A stretch of DNA of 64,000 nucleotides from Acidobacteriota bacterium. Lineage in GTDB: Bacteria; Acidobacteriota; UBA6911; RPQK01; JADFOI01. The stretch spans positions 1,696,001 through 1,760,000 of the forward strand of contig OY760074.1 of the NCBI GenBank assembly GCA_963663035.1. The letters run 5' to 3'. Shown here one piece after another: positions 39,230-49,600 of this stretch. Position 1 is the first letter of the stretch. The number at the start of each line of letters is the position of its first letter. The notes beneath the pieces were generated by a model that was given only the letters and a program-made list of their open reading frames with translations, had not been told where the DNA came from and searched no databases. A program made the translations under genes and the position numbers.

Positions 39230-40897
39230 ATGCTTCGCTGCTTGATTTGCTTGGTCTCTCTGGCCTTCTTGGGAGCTTGCGCTGCCACTGAGGAGTACGA
39301 CATCGTCATTCGCAATGGGATGATCTACGACGGAAGCGGATCAGCACCCTTTCAGGGCGACCTGGCTATCCGCGATGACACCATTGCCGCAGTGGGAGTG
39401 CTGGGCGAAGCGCGGGGCCGAACCGAGATTGAGGCCGATGGTCTTGCCGTGGCCCCCGGCTTCATCAACATGCTGAGTTGGGCCACGGACTCCCTGATCC
39501 AGGACGGTCAATCCCAGAGCGGAATCCGGCAGGGAGTGACGCTGGAGGTCTTTGGTGAAGGACCGTCCATGGGACCCCTCAGCGAAGAGATGAAAGAGGA
39601 GATGCTGGCACAGCAGGGAGATATCAAGTTCGACATCCCCTGGACCACGCTTTCCGAATATCTCCAACACCTTGTGGAAAAGGGGATCTCACCAAATGTC
39701 GCTTCTTTTGTGGGAGCCACCACCATCCGGGTCCACGTCATTGGCTATGAGAACCGTCCCCCCCGGCCCGAGGAACTGGACGAGATGCGTTCCCTGGTGC
39801 GCCAGGCCATGGAACAGGGAGCACTGGGAGTAGGATCATCACTCATCTATGCCCCGGCCTCCTTTGCCAGCACCGAGGAACTCACAGCCCTGGCCGAGGT
39901 AGCGGCCGAGTATGGAGGGATGTACATCTCTCACATTCGAAGTGAAGGAGACCGTCTCCCGGAGGCCGTTGACGAACTGATCACGATTGCCCGCGATGCC
40001 AATATTCATGCAGAGATCTACCATCTGAAAGCGGCTGGAAAATCCAACTGGGACAAGCTGGAGACGGTCATCGAAAAGGTCGAGGCGGCTCAGGAGGAAG
40101 GTCTGCTCATTACGGCGAACATGTACAACTACACCGCTGGGAAGACAGGACTGGACGCGGCCATGCCCCTGTGGGTGCAAGAGGGGGGACTCGACGCCTG
40201 GGTGACGCGTTTAAAGGATCCTGCTATACGACGGCGAGTCAGAAGCGAAATGTCCGCTCCGGGTGCGGATTGGGAGAATCTCTATCTGGCTGCCGGCTCG
40301 CCTGAGAACCTCCTGCTGGTCGAATTCAAGAACGATTCTCTGAAGCACTTGACTGGAAAAACCCTGGCCGAAGTCGCCCAGATGCGCGGGAAATCACCGG
40401 AAGACACGGCCATGGACCTGGTCATTGAAGACAACAGCAAGGTGGGCACAGTCTACTTCCTGATGTCTGAGGAAAACATCGAAAGGAAGCTCGGCCTTCC
40501 CTGGGTCAGTTTCGCTTCAGATGCCGGATCCTTGGCCCCCGAGGGCGTTTTCTTGAAGTCCAATCCTCACCCACGAGCCTATGGAAATTTCGCCCGCCTG
40601 CTGGGAAAATACGTGCGCGAAGAGGCCATCCTGCCACTTGAAGAAGCCATCCACCGTTTGACCTCCTGGCCCGCCTCGAATCTGAAATTGGATCGCCGCG
40701 GCAGCTTGGAGACTGGATCTTTTGCCGACGTGGTGGTCTTTGACCCGGCTGAAGTTCAGGATCATGCCACCTATGACGATCCCCATCAATATTCCACCGG
40801 CGTCATCCACGTCTTTGTCAATGGCCAGCAGGTATTGAGAAATGGGGAACACACGGGCGCCACTCCCGGAAGAGCTCTCCGAGGACCGGGCGGCTAG
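39230..40897 (+). CDS. N-acyl-D-amino-acid deacylase (amidohydrolase lipoprotein)
   Basis: Lipobox LGAC; VAPGFIN, SHIRSE, HLKAAG, HPRAYGNF. Confidence 0.9.
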   Translation: MLRCLICLVSLAFLGACAATEEYDIVIRNGMIYDGSGSAPFQGDLAIRDDTIAAVGVLGEARGRTEIEADGLAVAPGFINMLSWATDSLIQDGQSQSGIRQGVTLEVFGEGPSMGPLSEEMKEEMLAQQGDIKFDIPWTTLSEYLQHLVEKGISPNVASFVGATTIRVHVIGYENRPPRPEELDEMRSLVRQAMEQGALGVGSSLIYAPASFASTEELTALAEVAAEYGGMYISHIRSEGDRLPEAVDELITIARDANIHAEIYHLKAAGKSNWDKLETVIEKVEAAQEEGLLITANMYNYTAGKTGLDAAMPLWVQEGGLDAWVTRLKDPAIRRRVRSEMSAPGADWENLYLAAGSPENLLLVEFKNDSLKHLTGKTLAEVAQMRGKSPEDTAMDLVIEDNSKVGTVYFLMSEENIERKLGLPWVSFASDAGSLAPEGVFLKSNPHPRAYGNFARLLGKYVREEAILPLEEAIHRLTSWPASNLKLDRRGSLETGSFADVVVFDPAEVQDHATYDDPHQYSTGVIHVFVNGQQVLRNGEHTGATPGRALRGPGG

Positions 40898-40903
40898 TGA
40901 GGA

Positions 40904-41155
40904 CTAGTTTAGGCTGGAGACAGACTCTCGGGAAAGCTCAACCTGAGATGACTCACTAATCTGATCCAATGCAGCCTGCAACTTCTGTTGCTCGAAGAAT
41001 TCTGACACCATCAGACATTTCTTCGTGAGTTTGACAAAGTCATTGAGGTATCTTTGACGTTCATCCTCCGTCAAATCTGGGCGCTGCAGTAGACCTCCCA
41101 GCTTCACTACGACATCGATGAGAGATTCACTTTTGTGTGCCATTTGCACACTCAC
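40904..41155 (-). CDS. Small hypothetical helical protein
   Basis: 83-aa ORF filling the gap; no motif recognised. Confidence 0.55.
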   Translation of the reverse strand: MSVQMAHKSESLIDVVVKLGGLLQRPDLTEDERQRYLNDFVKLTKKCLMVSEFFEQQKLQAALDQISESSQVELSRESVSSLN

Positions 41156-41285
41156 TAAGCATTTAGCGTTCCAGAAAATGGAGGATCGAGTGAAAATCTA
41201 CTCAGAGGCAGGCAGTTCGTGGCTTTGCCCATTCATTTCGGCTTTTGAACTGATGATCCAGCAGGGCTCCGATGCCTCCAACCGC

Positions 41286-41322
41286 TGTCAACCTCAGCTT
41301 ACATTGTCAACATAGGTGGACA
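41286..41322. promoter_or_regulatory. Two tandem operator-like palindromes
   Basis: TGTCAAC-CTCA-GCTTACA (41286-41303) and TGTCAAC-ATAG-GTGGACA (41305-41322). Confidence 0.5.
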
Positions 41323-41356
41323 AGATTGGTCATGGAAAACGTGCAGCGATTTCTTC

Positions 41357-42172
41357 TTATTCAACGACTAATAATTCCTTGGCACGCTCGGCCGCTTTCA
41401 CCACGGCTTTGATCAGCGTGACGCGCAGCTTTCCTTCTTCCAGCTCAAGAATCCCGTCAATTGTACAGCCGGCTGGTGTGGTAACGGCATCCTTCAGGAG
41501 CGCGGGGTGGCTCCCAGTCTCGAGGATCATCCGAGAAGCTCCCTGTACGGTCTGAGCGGCTAAGAGGGTTGCCACATCTCGGGAAAGACCCACTTTGACT
41601 CCCGCTTCCGCCAGTGATTCCAGAATAATGAAGATAAAGGCGGGCCCACTGGCAGAAAGACCGGTTACCGCATCCATCTGTTTTTCTGCCACTAAAACCG
41701 TCAGCCCAACCGTGTCAAATAAGGTCCTGGCAGTTTCCACATCTGATTCTTCGGCAAATTGGCCCTTGCAAATTCCTGTCATCCCACAGTCTACGACGCA
41801 GGGGATGTTGGGCATGGCGCGCACCACCGGCACCTCGGAACCGAGGCTTTCTTCGATGTAAGGGGTCGGAACGGAAGCCGCTATGGAGATCAGCAGCTTG
41901 CCGGAGGTCATCTCTTCTCCAATCTCCTGAGCCACGATTCGCACGGTCTGAGGCTTCACACACAGCAGGACAAGGTCAGACTGCTTGACAGCCTGGCGGT
42001 TGTCAGTGGTGACGGAGATTCCCAGTTCTTGACTCAACGTCTGGGCTCTCTCAGGATGTCCTACCGTGGCCATCGTGTTCTTCGGCAGCAGGACCTTCTT
42101 CTTGAACAGTGCCTGAAGGAGTATTCCTCCCATCTTACCCAAACCCAGAAAGGCCACTTTCGTTTTATCCAT
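41357..42172 (-). CDS. proC: Pyrroline-5-carboxylate reductase
   Basis: GLGKMG, VKPQ, VRAMPN, SASGPA, VTTPAGCT. Confidence 0.95.
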   Translation of the reverse strand: MDKTKVAFLGLGKMGGILLQALFKKKVLLPKNTMATVGHPERAQTLSQELGISVTTDNRQAVKQSDLVLLCVKPQTVRIVAQEIGEEMTSGKLLISIAASVPTPYIEESLGSEVPVVRAMPNIPCVVDCGMTGICKGQFAEESDVETARTLFDTVGLTVLVAEKQMDAVTGLSASGPAFIFIILESLAEAGVKVGLSRDVATLLAAQTVQGASRMILETGSHPALLKDAVTTPAGCTIDGILELEEGKLRVTLIKAVVKAAERAKELLVVE

Positions 42173-42229
42173 ACGTCTCTTCATCAGAAATCCATGATGG
42201 ACGACAGACAGGGCCGGAGTCAATTCGCC

Positions 42230-42814
42230 TCATCTTTCGCGGTAGGATTCAGCATAGATGCGCCGGAGGGGAGCTAGACAATATTCTTCGATCAAATCTC
42301 GAAGAATGTCCTTGCGGCTGAGAAGGAGATCCTCGTGAATGGGGTTGATCGCAAAGGAGAGCCGGATGATGTCTGCCTTGTCTTTACGCATGTCCAGACT
42401 CACCGACTGCCCCATCAGAGGCTTGAAGGAGAGAAGGTCTTGATAGGTAAAGTGATCAAAATCAGGTTCAGTCCACGGTTTTTCATTGCGGCTTCGCCAG
42501 AAATGAGATTTCAGTCGATTCACAAAGGCTTCATAGTCAAAGCCCTCAGACTTGTTATTCACACTTGATTCCACCAGGAACCGTTCATTTTCTCGCTTCA
42601 CACCCAGACCATAGGTGACATCGAGTTCCTGTTCGCGGGAAAACTTGATTCGATGATTTCCAGACTCGTGAAAACACTTCAGCTCCGGTTCGATTCCCAG
42701 GTCTCGACTGTCCTCATCGGTGACATAGTTTTGCCTCACCCGCTCATACCACTCATCAATTATCTGATGCGTGATCCGCTCGAGCTGCTGGTGTTGCTCT
42801 TCTTGGCTCAACAT
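42230..42814 (-). CDS. Hypothetical protein
   Basis: 194-aa protein-like ORF co-oriented with proC. Confidence 0.65.
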   Translation of the reverse strand: MLSQEEQHQQLERITHQIIDEWYERVRQNYVTDEDSRDLGIEPELKCFHESGNHRIKFSREQELDVTYGLGVKRENERFLVESSVNNKSEGFDYEAFVNRLKSHFWRSRNEKPWTEPDFDHFTYQDLLSFKPLMGQSVSLDMRKDKADIIRLSFAINPIHEDLLLSRKDILRDLIEEYCLAPLRRIYAESYRER

Positions 42815-42896
42815 TGGAAAGGTACCCTATTTTCCAGAATTGTTATATAAAAGTAAATCATTGAGGGACTGACAATGCCTGCTCCAGCTCGCTAGT

Positions 42897-43107
42897 AGCC
42901 CACATTATGCATAGGTTTTCGTAGCGAAGTGGCGCAAGCGCCGCGATGACAAGGCGTGTGAGGGGTACCCGCTTGCGGGTCGCGCCCCGCAGGCGTATTC
43001 GTGCAGTACGCCGAGGAGCGCAAGGGGTACCCGCTTGCGGGTCGCACAACGCCGTCAACGAGGATGATTGCGACACTGCAGCAGAAAATTTATGCATAAT
43101 GTGGGCT
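42897..43107. mobile_element. MITE-like element with perfect 17-bp TIRs
   Basis: AGCCCACATTATGCATA / TATGCATAATGTGGGCT; two internal AGGGGTACCCGCTTGCGGGTCGC modules. Confidence 0.8.
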
Positions 43108-43123
43108 GACCAATCACTACCCC

Positions 43124-44731
43124 TTGTTGCTGATGCCCCGTTATAGAATTCTTGTCATCGCATCTATCTCACTCCTTTACTTGTTGGCTAGTGCGACGAG
43201 ACGTGACGTCCTTATCTACGATGAAGGCATTGTTGTTTATGCTGCCGAAAGAATTCTCAACGGTGAGATCCCTTACCGGGACTTTTGGGGGATCTACCCA
43301 CCCGGACAGTTCTATACGCTGGCTCTCGCCTTTAAGCTTTTCGGTACTTCACTTCTCGTTGAGCGCATTTGGGAAGCGACCATCCGGCTCTTCTTGTGTC
43401 TGGTCATTTACCAACTGACAGCCAAGCTTACTTCTCCCCCTATTGCTTTGACTACCTGGCTCTTGTCGGTGCCCGTCTTGGGAGCGACTGGGTTTTATGG
43501 CTACCCAATGTTTACCGCTCTTGTCTTGAGTCTTTTCAGTGCACTCTGTTTTTTGAATTTCCTCAGCAAGAGAAGGCATCTCTGGCTGGTCCTGTGTGGC
43601 CTGTCCACGGGCCTGACTGCTCTTTATCGACACGACGTAGGCTTCTACACTTTGGCGGCAGAGGTCATCGTTCTGGGCGCCTTCTTTTACCATTCGTCGA
43701 GAAACCTGAGCTCTACACAGAGGCAAGGGAGCTTCCTACACAGCTTTCTTTTATATATTGCCGCTACAGCACTTCCGGTCGGCCTGATAACTGCATATCT
43801 GTTGGGTGTCGTCCCCATCCGTGACCTGTGGGAGAGCTTGTTTGTTTTTCCGGCAACGGTCTTCCCTGCCATGCGCTCCCTACCCTATCCTCCACTGATC
43901 CCTGACCTTGGACAACTTGATTTCAAGCGGTGGCTCAGCTTTTATCTTCCTCTTCTCGTCTACTTGGGAAGTTGCGCCAAAGCCTGGTCACTGTTTAGGA
44001 GACCTGAACGTCCGGGCTCTGAGGGCGACCCATTGTGGGGAATCATTCTTTTCACTCTCCTGGGCATGGGCTTGTTCGCGCAGTCGCTCAATCGAGCCGA
44101 TAGTATTCACATGCTGCCTACGAGTTTTCCGGCTTTTGTTTTGCTCATGACATTGCTTTCTCCCAGTATCACTGGTTGGATCGAACCAAGACGGCAGACA
44201 GCCCGAAAGGTGGGACTTGGTTTGTTCCTTGCCGTCCTGCCCTTTCTCTTCATGCAAGTCAGGGAATGGTCGATACAGTCTTCTTTTTATTTACCGTTTG
44301 AATGTCCCTCGCCGTTAGAAAGGGCAGGCTGCATTCCTGTCAGTAAAGAGCAGGAACTAGCTGTTCAATTCATTCAGGCGGCAGTTCCAGAGGGGAGTCC
44401 AATCTTTGTTGGACTTTCAAGACACGATCGTATTTTCATCAACGATATAGTCTTTTACTTCTTGTCTAAACGGCCAAGTGCTACGAAATACCATTATCTG
44501 CACCCGGGGTCTGCCACCACATTGCCAGTACAAGAGAGGATCATCGACGATATACAGCGAAGCGGGGTGCAATACATAGTGCTATTTGGTGGAACAGAGC
44601 ACGTCGTTGAACCAAACGAGAGTGGTATCAGCAGCGGGGTGCATGCACTGGATGCTTTTATTCAGCAGAATTACAGCGAAGATCGTCAATTTGGAGCCTA
44701 CTCTATCTGGAACAAAAAGGAAGGGCTCTGA
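43124..44731 (+). CDS. GT-C (ArnT/PMT-like) membrane glycosyltransferase
   Basis: YDEG...A.RILNGEIPYRDFW..YPP; many TM helices. Confidence 0.75.
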   Translation: MLLMPRYRILVIASISLLYLLASATRRDVLIYDEGIVVYAAERILNGEIPYRDFWGIYPPGQFYTLALAFKLFGTSLLVERIWEATIRLFLCLVIYQLTAKLTSPPIALTTWLLSVPVLGATGFYGYPMFTALVLSLFSALCFLNFLSKRRHLWLVLCGLSTGLTALYRHDVGFYTLAAEVIVLGAFFYHSSRNLSSTQRQGSFLHSFLLYIAATALPVGLITAYLLGVVPIRDLWESLFVFPATVFPAMRSLPYPPLIPDLGQLDFKRWLSFYLPLLVYLGSCAKAWSLFRRPERPGSEGDPLWGIILFTLLGMGLFAQSLNRADSIHMLPTSFPAFVLLMTLLSPSITGWIEPRRQTARKVGLGLFLAVLPFLFMQVREWSIQSSFYLPFECPSPLERAGCIPVSKEQELAVQFIQAAVPEGSPIFVGLSRHDRIFINDIVFYFLSKRPSATKYHYLHPGSATTLPVQERIIDDIQRSGVQYIVLFGGTEHVVEPNESGISSGVHALDAFIQQNYSEDRQFGAYSIWNKKEGL

Positions 44732-44736
44732 TCCAG

Positions 44737-44764
44737 TAGCCCGAATTATGCATAATCCGGACTA
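44737..44764. repeat. Collapsed MITE (two TIRs fused at TATGCATA); probable bidirectional terminator
   Basis: TAGCCCGAATTATGCATAATCCGGACTA between convergent genes. Confidence 0.6.
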
Positions 44765-44968
44765 GGGTGGATCTGGAACAGCTTGATACTCCATCCTGAT
44801 CTGGTCCTTCAAGAGATCAACCGCCTCCTCCTCACCCTTCCCTATGGCTGAGAAGGGGCGAACCCGGACAAACATGCCTTCCCTGGGCACCCGGGCTGCC
44901 GCCAAACACAGCTCCCCCATCGGCTCAATGGTAATCGTAAACCGAAGGCCCTTGTGTTCCCACTCCAT
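44762..44968 (-). CDS. Small hypothetical protein
   Basis: 68-aa ORF with TATACT 9 nt upstream. Confidence 0.55.
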   Translation of the reverse strand: MEWEHKGLRFTITIEPMGELCLAAARVPREGMFVRVRPFSAIGKGEEEAVDLLKDQIRMEYQAVPDPP

Positions 44969-45100
44969 AGGGTTTTAAGTATAACTGACTGCTTGCCTCT
45001 TACAGGCCGGCAGAGGCGAAATTATTTGGGCGGAGAAGAAAGATTTGGACTTTCCCTTCCCTACTGAATACAATCCTCCAGAAAAAAAGGTAGGTGAAGC

Positions 45101-46516
45101 ATGACTCCAGACCAAGTATTGAAGCAAATCAAAGACGACGGGATCCAAATGGTGGATCTGCGGTTTGTGGACTTTCCCGGGCTGACTCAGCACTTCTCGG
45201 TACTGCCCAGGGTCCTGACCGCAGACAAGTTCCAGGAAGGCTTTGGATTTGACGGGTCGTCCATCCGCGGCTGGCGGAACATCCACGAATCGGACATGCT
45301 GGTGATACCGGATCCGGAGACCTCATTCATTGATCCTTTCTTCGAGCATCCCACCCTGGTGATGATGTGCGACATCCTGGATCCGGTTACGCGCGAAGCT
45401 TACGGCCGGTGTCCGCGAACGATCCTGAAGAAGGCGGTGGCCCACCTCCAGTCCACAGGCGTGGCCGACGCAGCCTTCTTCGGACCGGAGGCCGAGTTCT
45501 TCATCTTCGACGATGTGCGCTTCGACACTCGGGAACACGAGTCCTTCTACTATGTCGACAGCATCGAGGGACAGTGGAACACGGGGCGGGAAGAACCGGG
45601 CGGGAACCTCGGCTTCAAGCCGCGCCACAAGGAGGGATACTTCCCGACGCCACCGACCGACAAGTTCCAGGACCTCCGCACCGAAATGGTCCTGAACATG
45701 GAGCGCTGCGGAATCGAGGTCGAGATGCAGCACCACGAGGTGGCCACCGCCGGCCAAGCGGAGATCGACCTGAAGTTCGACAAGATCCTGAGGATGGCTG
45801 ACAGGCTGGTACTTTACAAGTACATTGTGAAGAACACTGCCATCCGCCATGGCAAGACGGCGACTTTCATGCCCAAGCCCCTCTGGAATGACAACGCCAG
45901 CGGGATGCACGTCCACCAGAGCCTGTGGAAGGATGGCAAGCCGCTCTTCGCCGGGGACGGTTACGCGGGCTTCAGCGAGCTGGGGCTGCACTACATCGGC
46001 GGTCTGCTCAAGCACGCGAAAGCGCTAGTGGCTCTCACGGCTCCCACCACCAACAGCTTCAAGCGGCTGGTCCCCGGATTCGAAGCACCGGTCAACCTGG
46101 CTTACTCCAGCCGAAACCGGTCAGCCTGTTGCCGGATTCCCGTATACGCCTCCAGCCCGAAGTCGAGGCGGGTCGAGTTCCGGCCGCCCGATCCCTCCTG
46201 CAACCCCTACCTCGCTTTCGCTGGACTGCTCATGGCCGGCCTGGATGGTGTGCTCAATAAAATCCATCCGGGCGAGCCGGTCGACAAGGATCTGTACAAC
46301 CTGCCGCCGGAAGAGGCCGCCAAAATCGAGCAGCTTCCGGGGTCGCTGGCAGAGGCGCTCGACATCCTCGCGGGCGACCACCAATGGCTCTTGGAGGGCG
46401 ATGTGTTCAGCGATGACGTCATTCATACCTGGCTTGAGTACAAGCGCGAAAACGAGGTCAATGAGGTGAATCAGCGGCCGCACCCGTACGAGTTCCACTT
46501 GTACTACGACGTGTAG
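45101..46516 (+). CDS. glnA: Glutamine synthetase type I
   Basis: [43 protein letters not shown]. Confidence 0.98.
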   Translation: MTPDQVLKQIKDDGIQMVDLRFVDFPGLTQHFSVLPRVLTADKFQEGFGFDGSSIRGWRNIHESDMLVIPDPETSFIDPFFEHPTLVMMCDILDPVTREAYGRCPRTILKKAVAHLQSTGVADAAFFGPEAEFFIFDDVRFDTREHESFYYVDSIEGQWNTGREEPGGNLGFKPRHKEGYFPTPPTDKFQDLRTEMVLNMERCGIEVEMQHHEVATAGQAEIDLKFDKILRMADRLVLYKYIVKNTAIRHGKTATFMPKPLWNDNASGMHVHQSLWKDGKPLFAGDGYAGFSELGLHYIGGLLKHAKALVALTAPTTNSFKRLVPGFEAPVNLAYSSRNRSACCRIPVYASSPKSRRVEFRPPDPSCNPYLAFAGLLMAGLDGVLNKIHPGEPVDKDLYNLPPEEAAKIEQLPGSLAEALDILAGDHQWLLEGDVFSDDVIHTWLEYKRENEVNEVNQRPHPYEFHLYYDV

Positions 46517-46652
46517 CCCACATTGTACTACGAGGTTTAGCCCGCGCTTCTGGAAGTCAGTCAAGGCTTGAATTTTTCCCGTCTCCGCGATAGAATTTCT
46601 TGGGTAAGTCGATTTCCTACATCTTTTTCTCTAACTAGAATAGGAAGAGGAC

Positions 46653-49600
46653 ATGCATTTTCCAGGGCGCCAAGGTCTGTATGACCCGCGCAACGAAAAG
46701 GACAGCTGTGGTATCGGTTTCTTGGCCAATATCAAGGGTCAGAGGAGTCATCAGATCCTGGTCGATGCCAGTGAAATGCTGATCAACCTGAGTCACCGCG
46801 GCGTCTGCGGTGCTGAAGCCAATACGGGAGATGGCGCCGGTTTTCTGACGGCTCTCCCCTATGAATTTCTGGCCAAGGCCTCCCAGAAGGATCTGGGCCT
46901 GAGTCTGCCACCTGCAGGCAAATTCGGCGCCGGAGTGGTCTTCCTGCCCACCATTGACAAAGAACGGGACCGCTGCAAGGCCGTCATCCGCGACATTGTC
47001 TCCGAGCAGGGGCAGCAACTCCTGGGATGGAGAACGGTTCCCACCGACGCCAAGGGAGCCGATATTGGTCCTGCAGCTCAGGCTTCACAACCGGCCATCG
47101 AGCAGCTTTTCATTGCCTCTGGAGATGATCTGGAGGGTGCAGCATTCGAGCGCCAGCTCTATATCATTCGAAAGCGCGCCAGCCATCTGCTGCGAGGCTC
47201 AGAGATGGAGCAGGCCAAGATGTTCTACATCTGCAGCCTTTCAACCCGGGTTCTGGTCTACAAGGGCCAGCTCATGCCCAAGCAGCTTGTTCCCTTCTAT
47301 CCCGACCTGGCCAACAGCGACTATTCAAGCCACCTGGCTATGATTCATTCCCGCTTCTCCACCAATACCTTTCCCTCCTGGGACCGAGCTCAACCGAACC
47401 GCTTCATGTGCCACAACGGCGAAATCAATACCCTGCAGGGGAATACCAACTGGATGCGGGCACGCGAGGGTGTGGTGAAAAGCGACCTCTTTGGAGATGA
47501 ACTCAGCAAAGTGTTTCCGATTATAGAGCCCGACTGCTCCGACTCGGGAAATTTTGACAACGCTCTGGAATTTCTCATCATGACGGGGCGCAGCTTGCCG
47601 GAAGCGGTCATGATGATGATCCCGGAGGCCTGGGAGAATCACGAGAGCATGTCCCAGGACAAAAGGGACTTTTACGAATACCACTCCTGTTTGATGGAAC
47701 CCTGGGATGGACCGGCTTCCATCGCCTTTACGGACGGGCATTACATTGGCGCCGTCCTGGACCGAAACGGTCTTCGCCCCAGCCGTTATTACGTCACTTT
47801 TGATGACCGGGTCATTATGGCCTCAGAGGTGGGAGTCCTTGCGGTCGATCCCGCCATCGTCAAGCTCAAAGGACGGCTGCAGCCGGGAAAGATTTTCCTG
47901 GTCAATTTCGAGGAAGGGCGGATCGTGGCTGACGGGGAGTTGAAGAATGATCTTGCCAGTCGCCGTCCCTATGGGAAGTGGATCGGGAAGCAACGAATCC
48001 AACTGGAAGACCTCAAACCCAAATCAAAGCCTCCCGGCCTGGATCAGACAACTCTTCTTCCTCGTCTGCAGGCCTTCGGCTACACCCTCGAGACCTTTCA
48101 GTTCATGCTTCTCCCCCTGGTCCGGGAGAAACGCGATCCGGTAGGATCAATGGGCAACGACTCTGCCCTTTCCTGTCTTTCGGATCAACCTCATCTTCTC
48201 TACGATTATTTCAAACAGCTCTTCGCACAGGTCACTAATCCGGCCATTGATTCAATCCGCGAAGAGGTCATCATGTCCTTGAAGTGCTACATCGGGCCCG
48301 AGGGCAACCTGCTGGAGACGACCGAGGCCCAAGCTCACCGGCTGCTGGTCAACCATCCGATTCTGAGCAACCAAGAGTTGGCAGCCATCAAGGATATGGA
48401 CTCCGGCGGCTGGAAAACCCAGACCCTTGACCTCACCTGGCCCAAGTCGGAGGGACAAGAGGGTATGGTCGCCGCTCTGGACCGCATCTGTGCCCAAGCT
48501 GAAAAGGCCATCGATGACGGATTTAGCCTCCTGGTCCTCTCTGATCGCGCCGTCGGCAATGACCGAGTGCCTCTGAGCTCTCTGATGGCCTGCGGGGCCG
48601 TGCACAATCATCTGGTGCGCTCGGCCAAGCGCACCCGCATTGGAATCGTGCTGGAATCAGGAGAAGCCCGGGAGGTCCATCATCACTGCCTCCTCATCGG
48701 CTATGGCGCTGATGCCATCAATCCTTATCTGGTCTTCGAAGCACTCCGTCAGGTTTGCAGGGATGGTCTCCTGGAAGACGAGTACACTGATGAGACGATC
48801 ATAGCGGCCTATCGAAAGGGCGTGGCCAAGGGAATGCTCAAGGTCATGGCCAAGATGGGTATTTCCACCCTTCAGAGTTACAAGGGCGCCCAGATCTTCG
48901 AAGCGGTGGGCCTTGGAGCGGACATCATCGACCGGTGCTTTACCGGAACGGCCAGCCGGGTCCAGGGTGTTGACCTGGATGTGCTTGCCACAGAGGCGGT
49001 GCGCCGCCACGCCCTTGGCTATCCCGAGCGGAAAAACGACATTCAGGCTGTACTCCCCAACCCGGGGGAATTTCACTGGAGGGCCAGGGGCGAAAAGCAC
49101 GCCTGGACCCCGCAGGTCATATCCGACCTGCAGGTGGCAGCGCGTACCGATAGCCGAGAGGCCTACCAGCGCTTTGCCAAGCTCATCAATAAGGACTCCC
49201 GAACTCGCTGCACCCTGCGGGGGCTCCTGCGATTTCGGAAGAAAGTCAACTCGGGCCCGATTCCTCTGGAAGAAGTAGAGCCGGCCAGCGAAATCGTCAA
49301 GCGTTTCTGCACCGGCGCCATGAGCTTCGGGTCGATTTCCAAAGAAACTCACGAATCCCTGGCCTTGGCCATGAATCGCATCGGCGGGAAGTCCAACACC
49401 GGTGAGGGCGGTGAAGACCCGAAGCGCTTCCTGCCCCTCCCCAATGGGGATTCAAAGCGCTCGGCCATTAAACAGGTGGCCTCCGGTCGCTTCGGTGTGA
49501 CCATGTGGTACCTGACCAACGCCGATGAGCTCCAGATCAAAATCGCCCAGGGGGCAAAGCCCGGTGAAGGAGGTGAGCTTCCCGGCTATAAAGTGGATAA

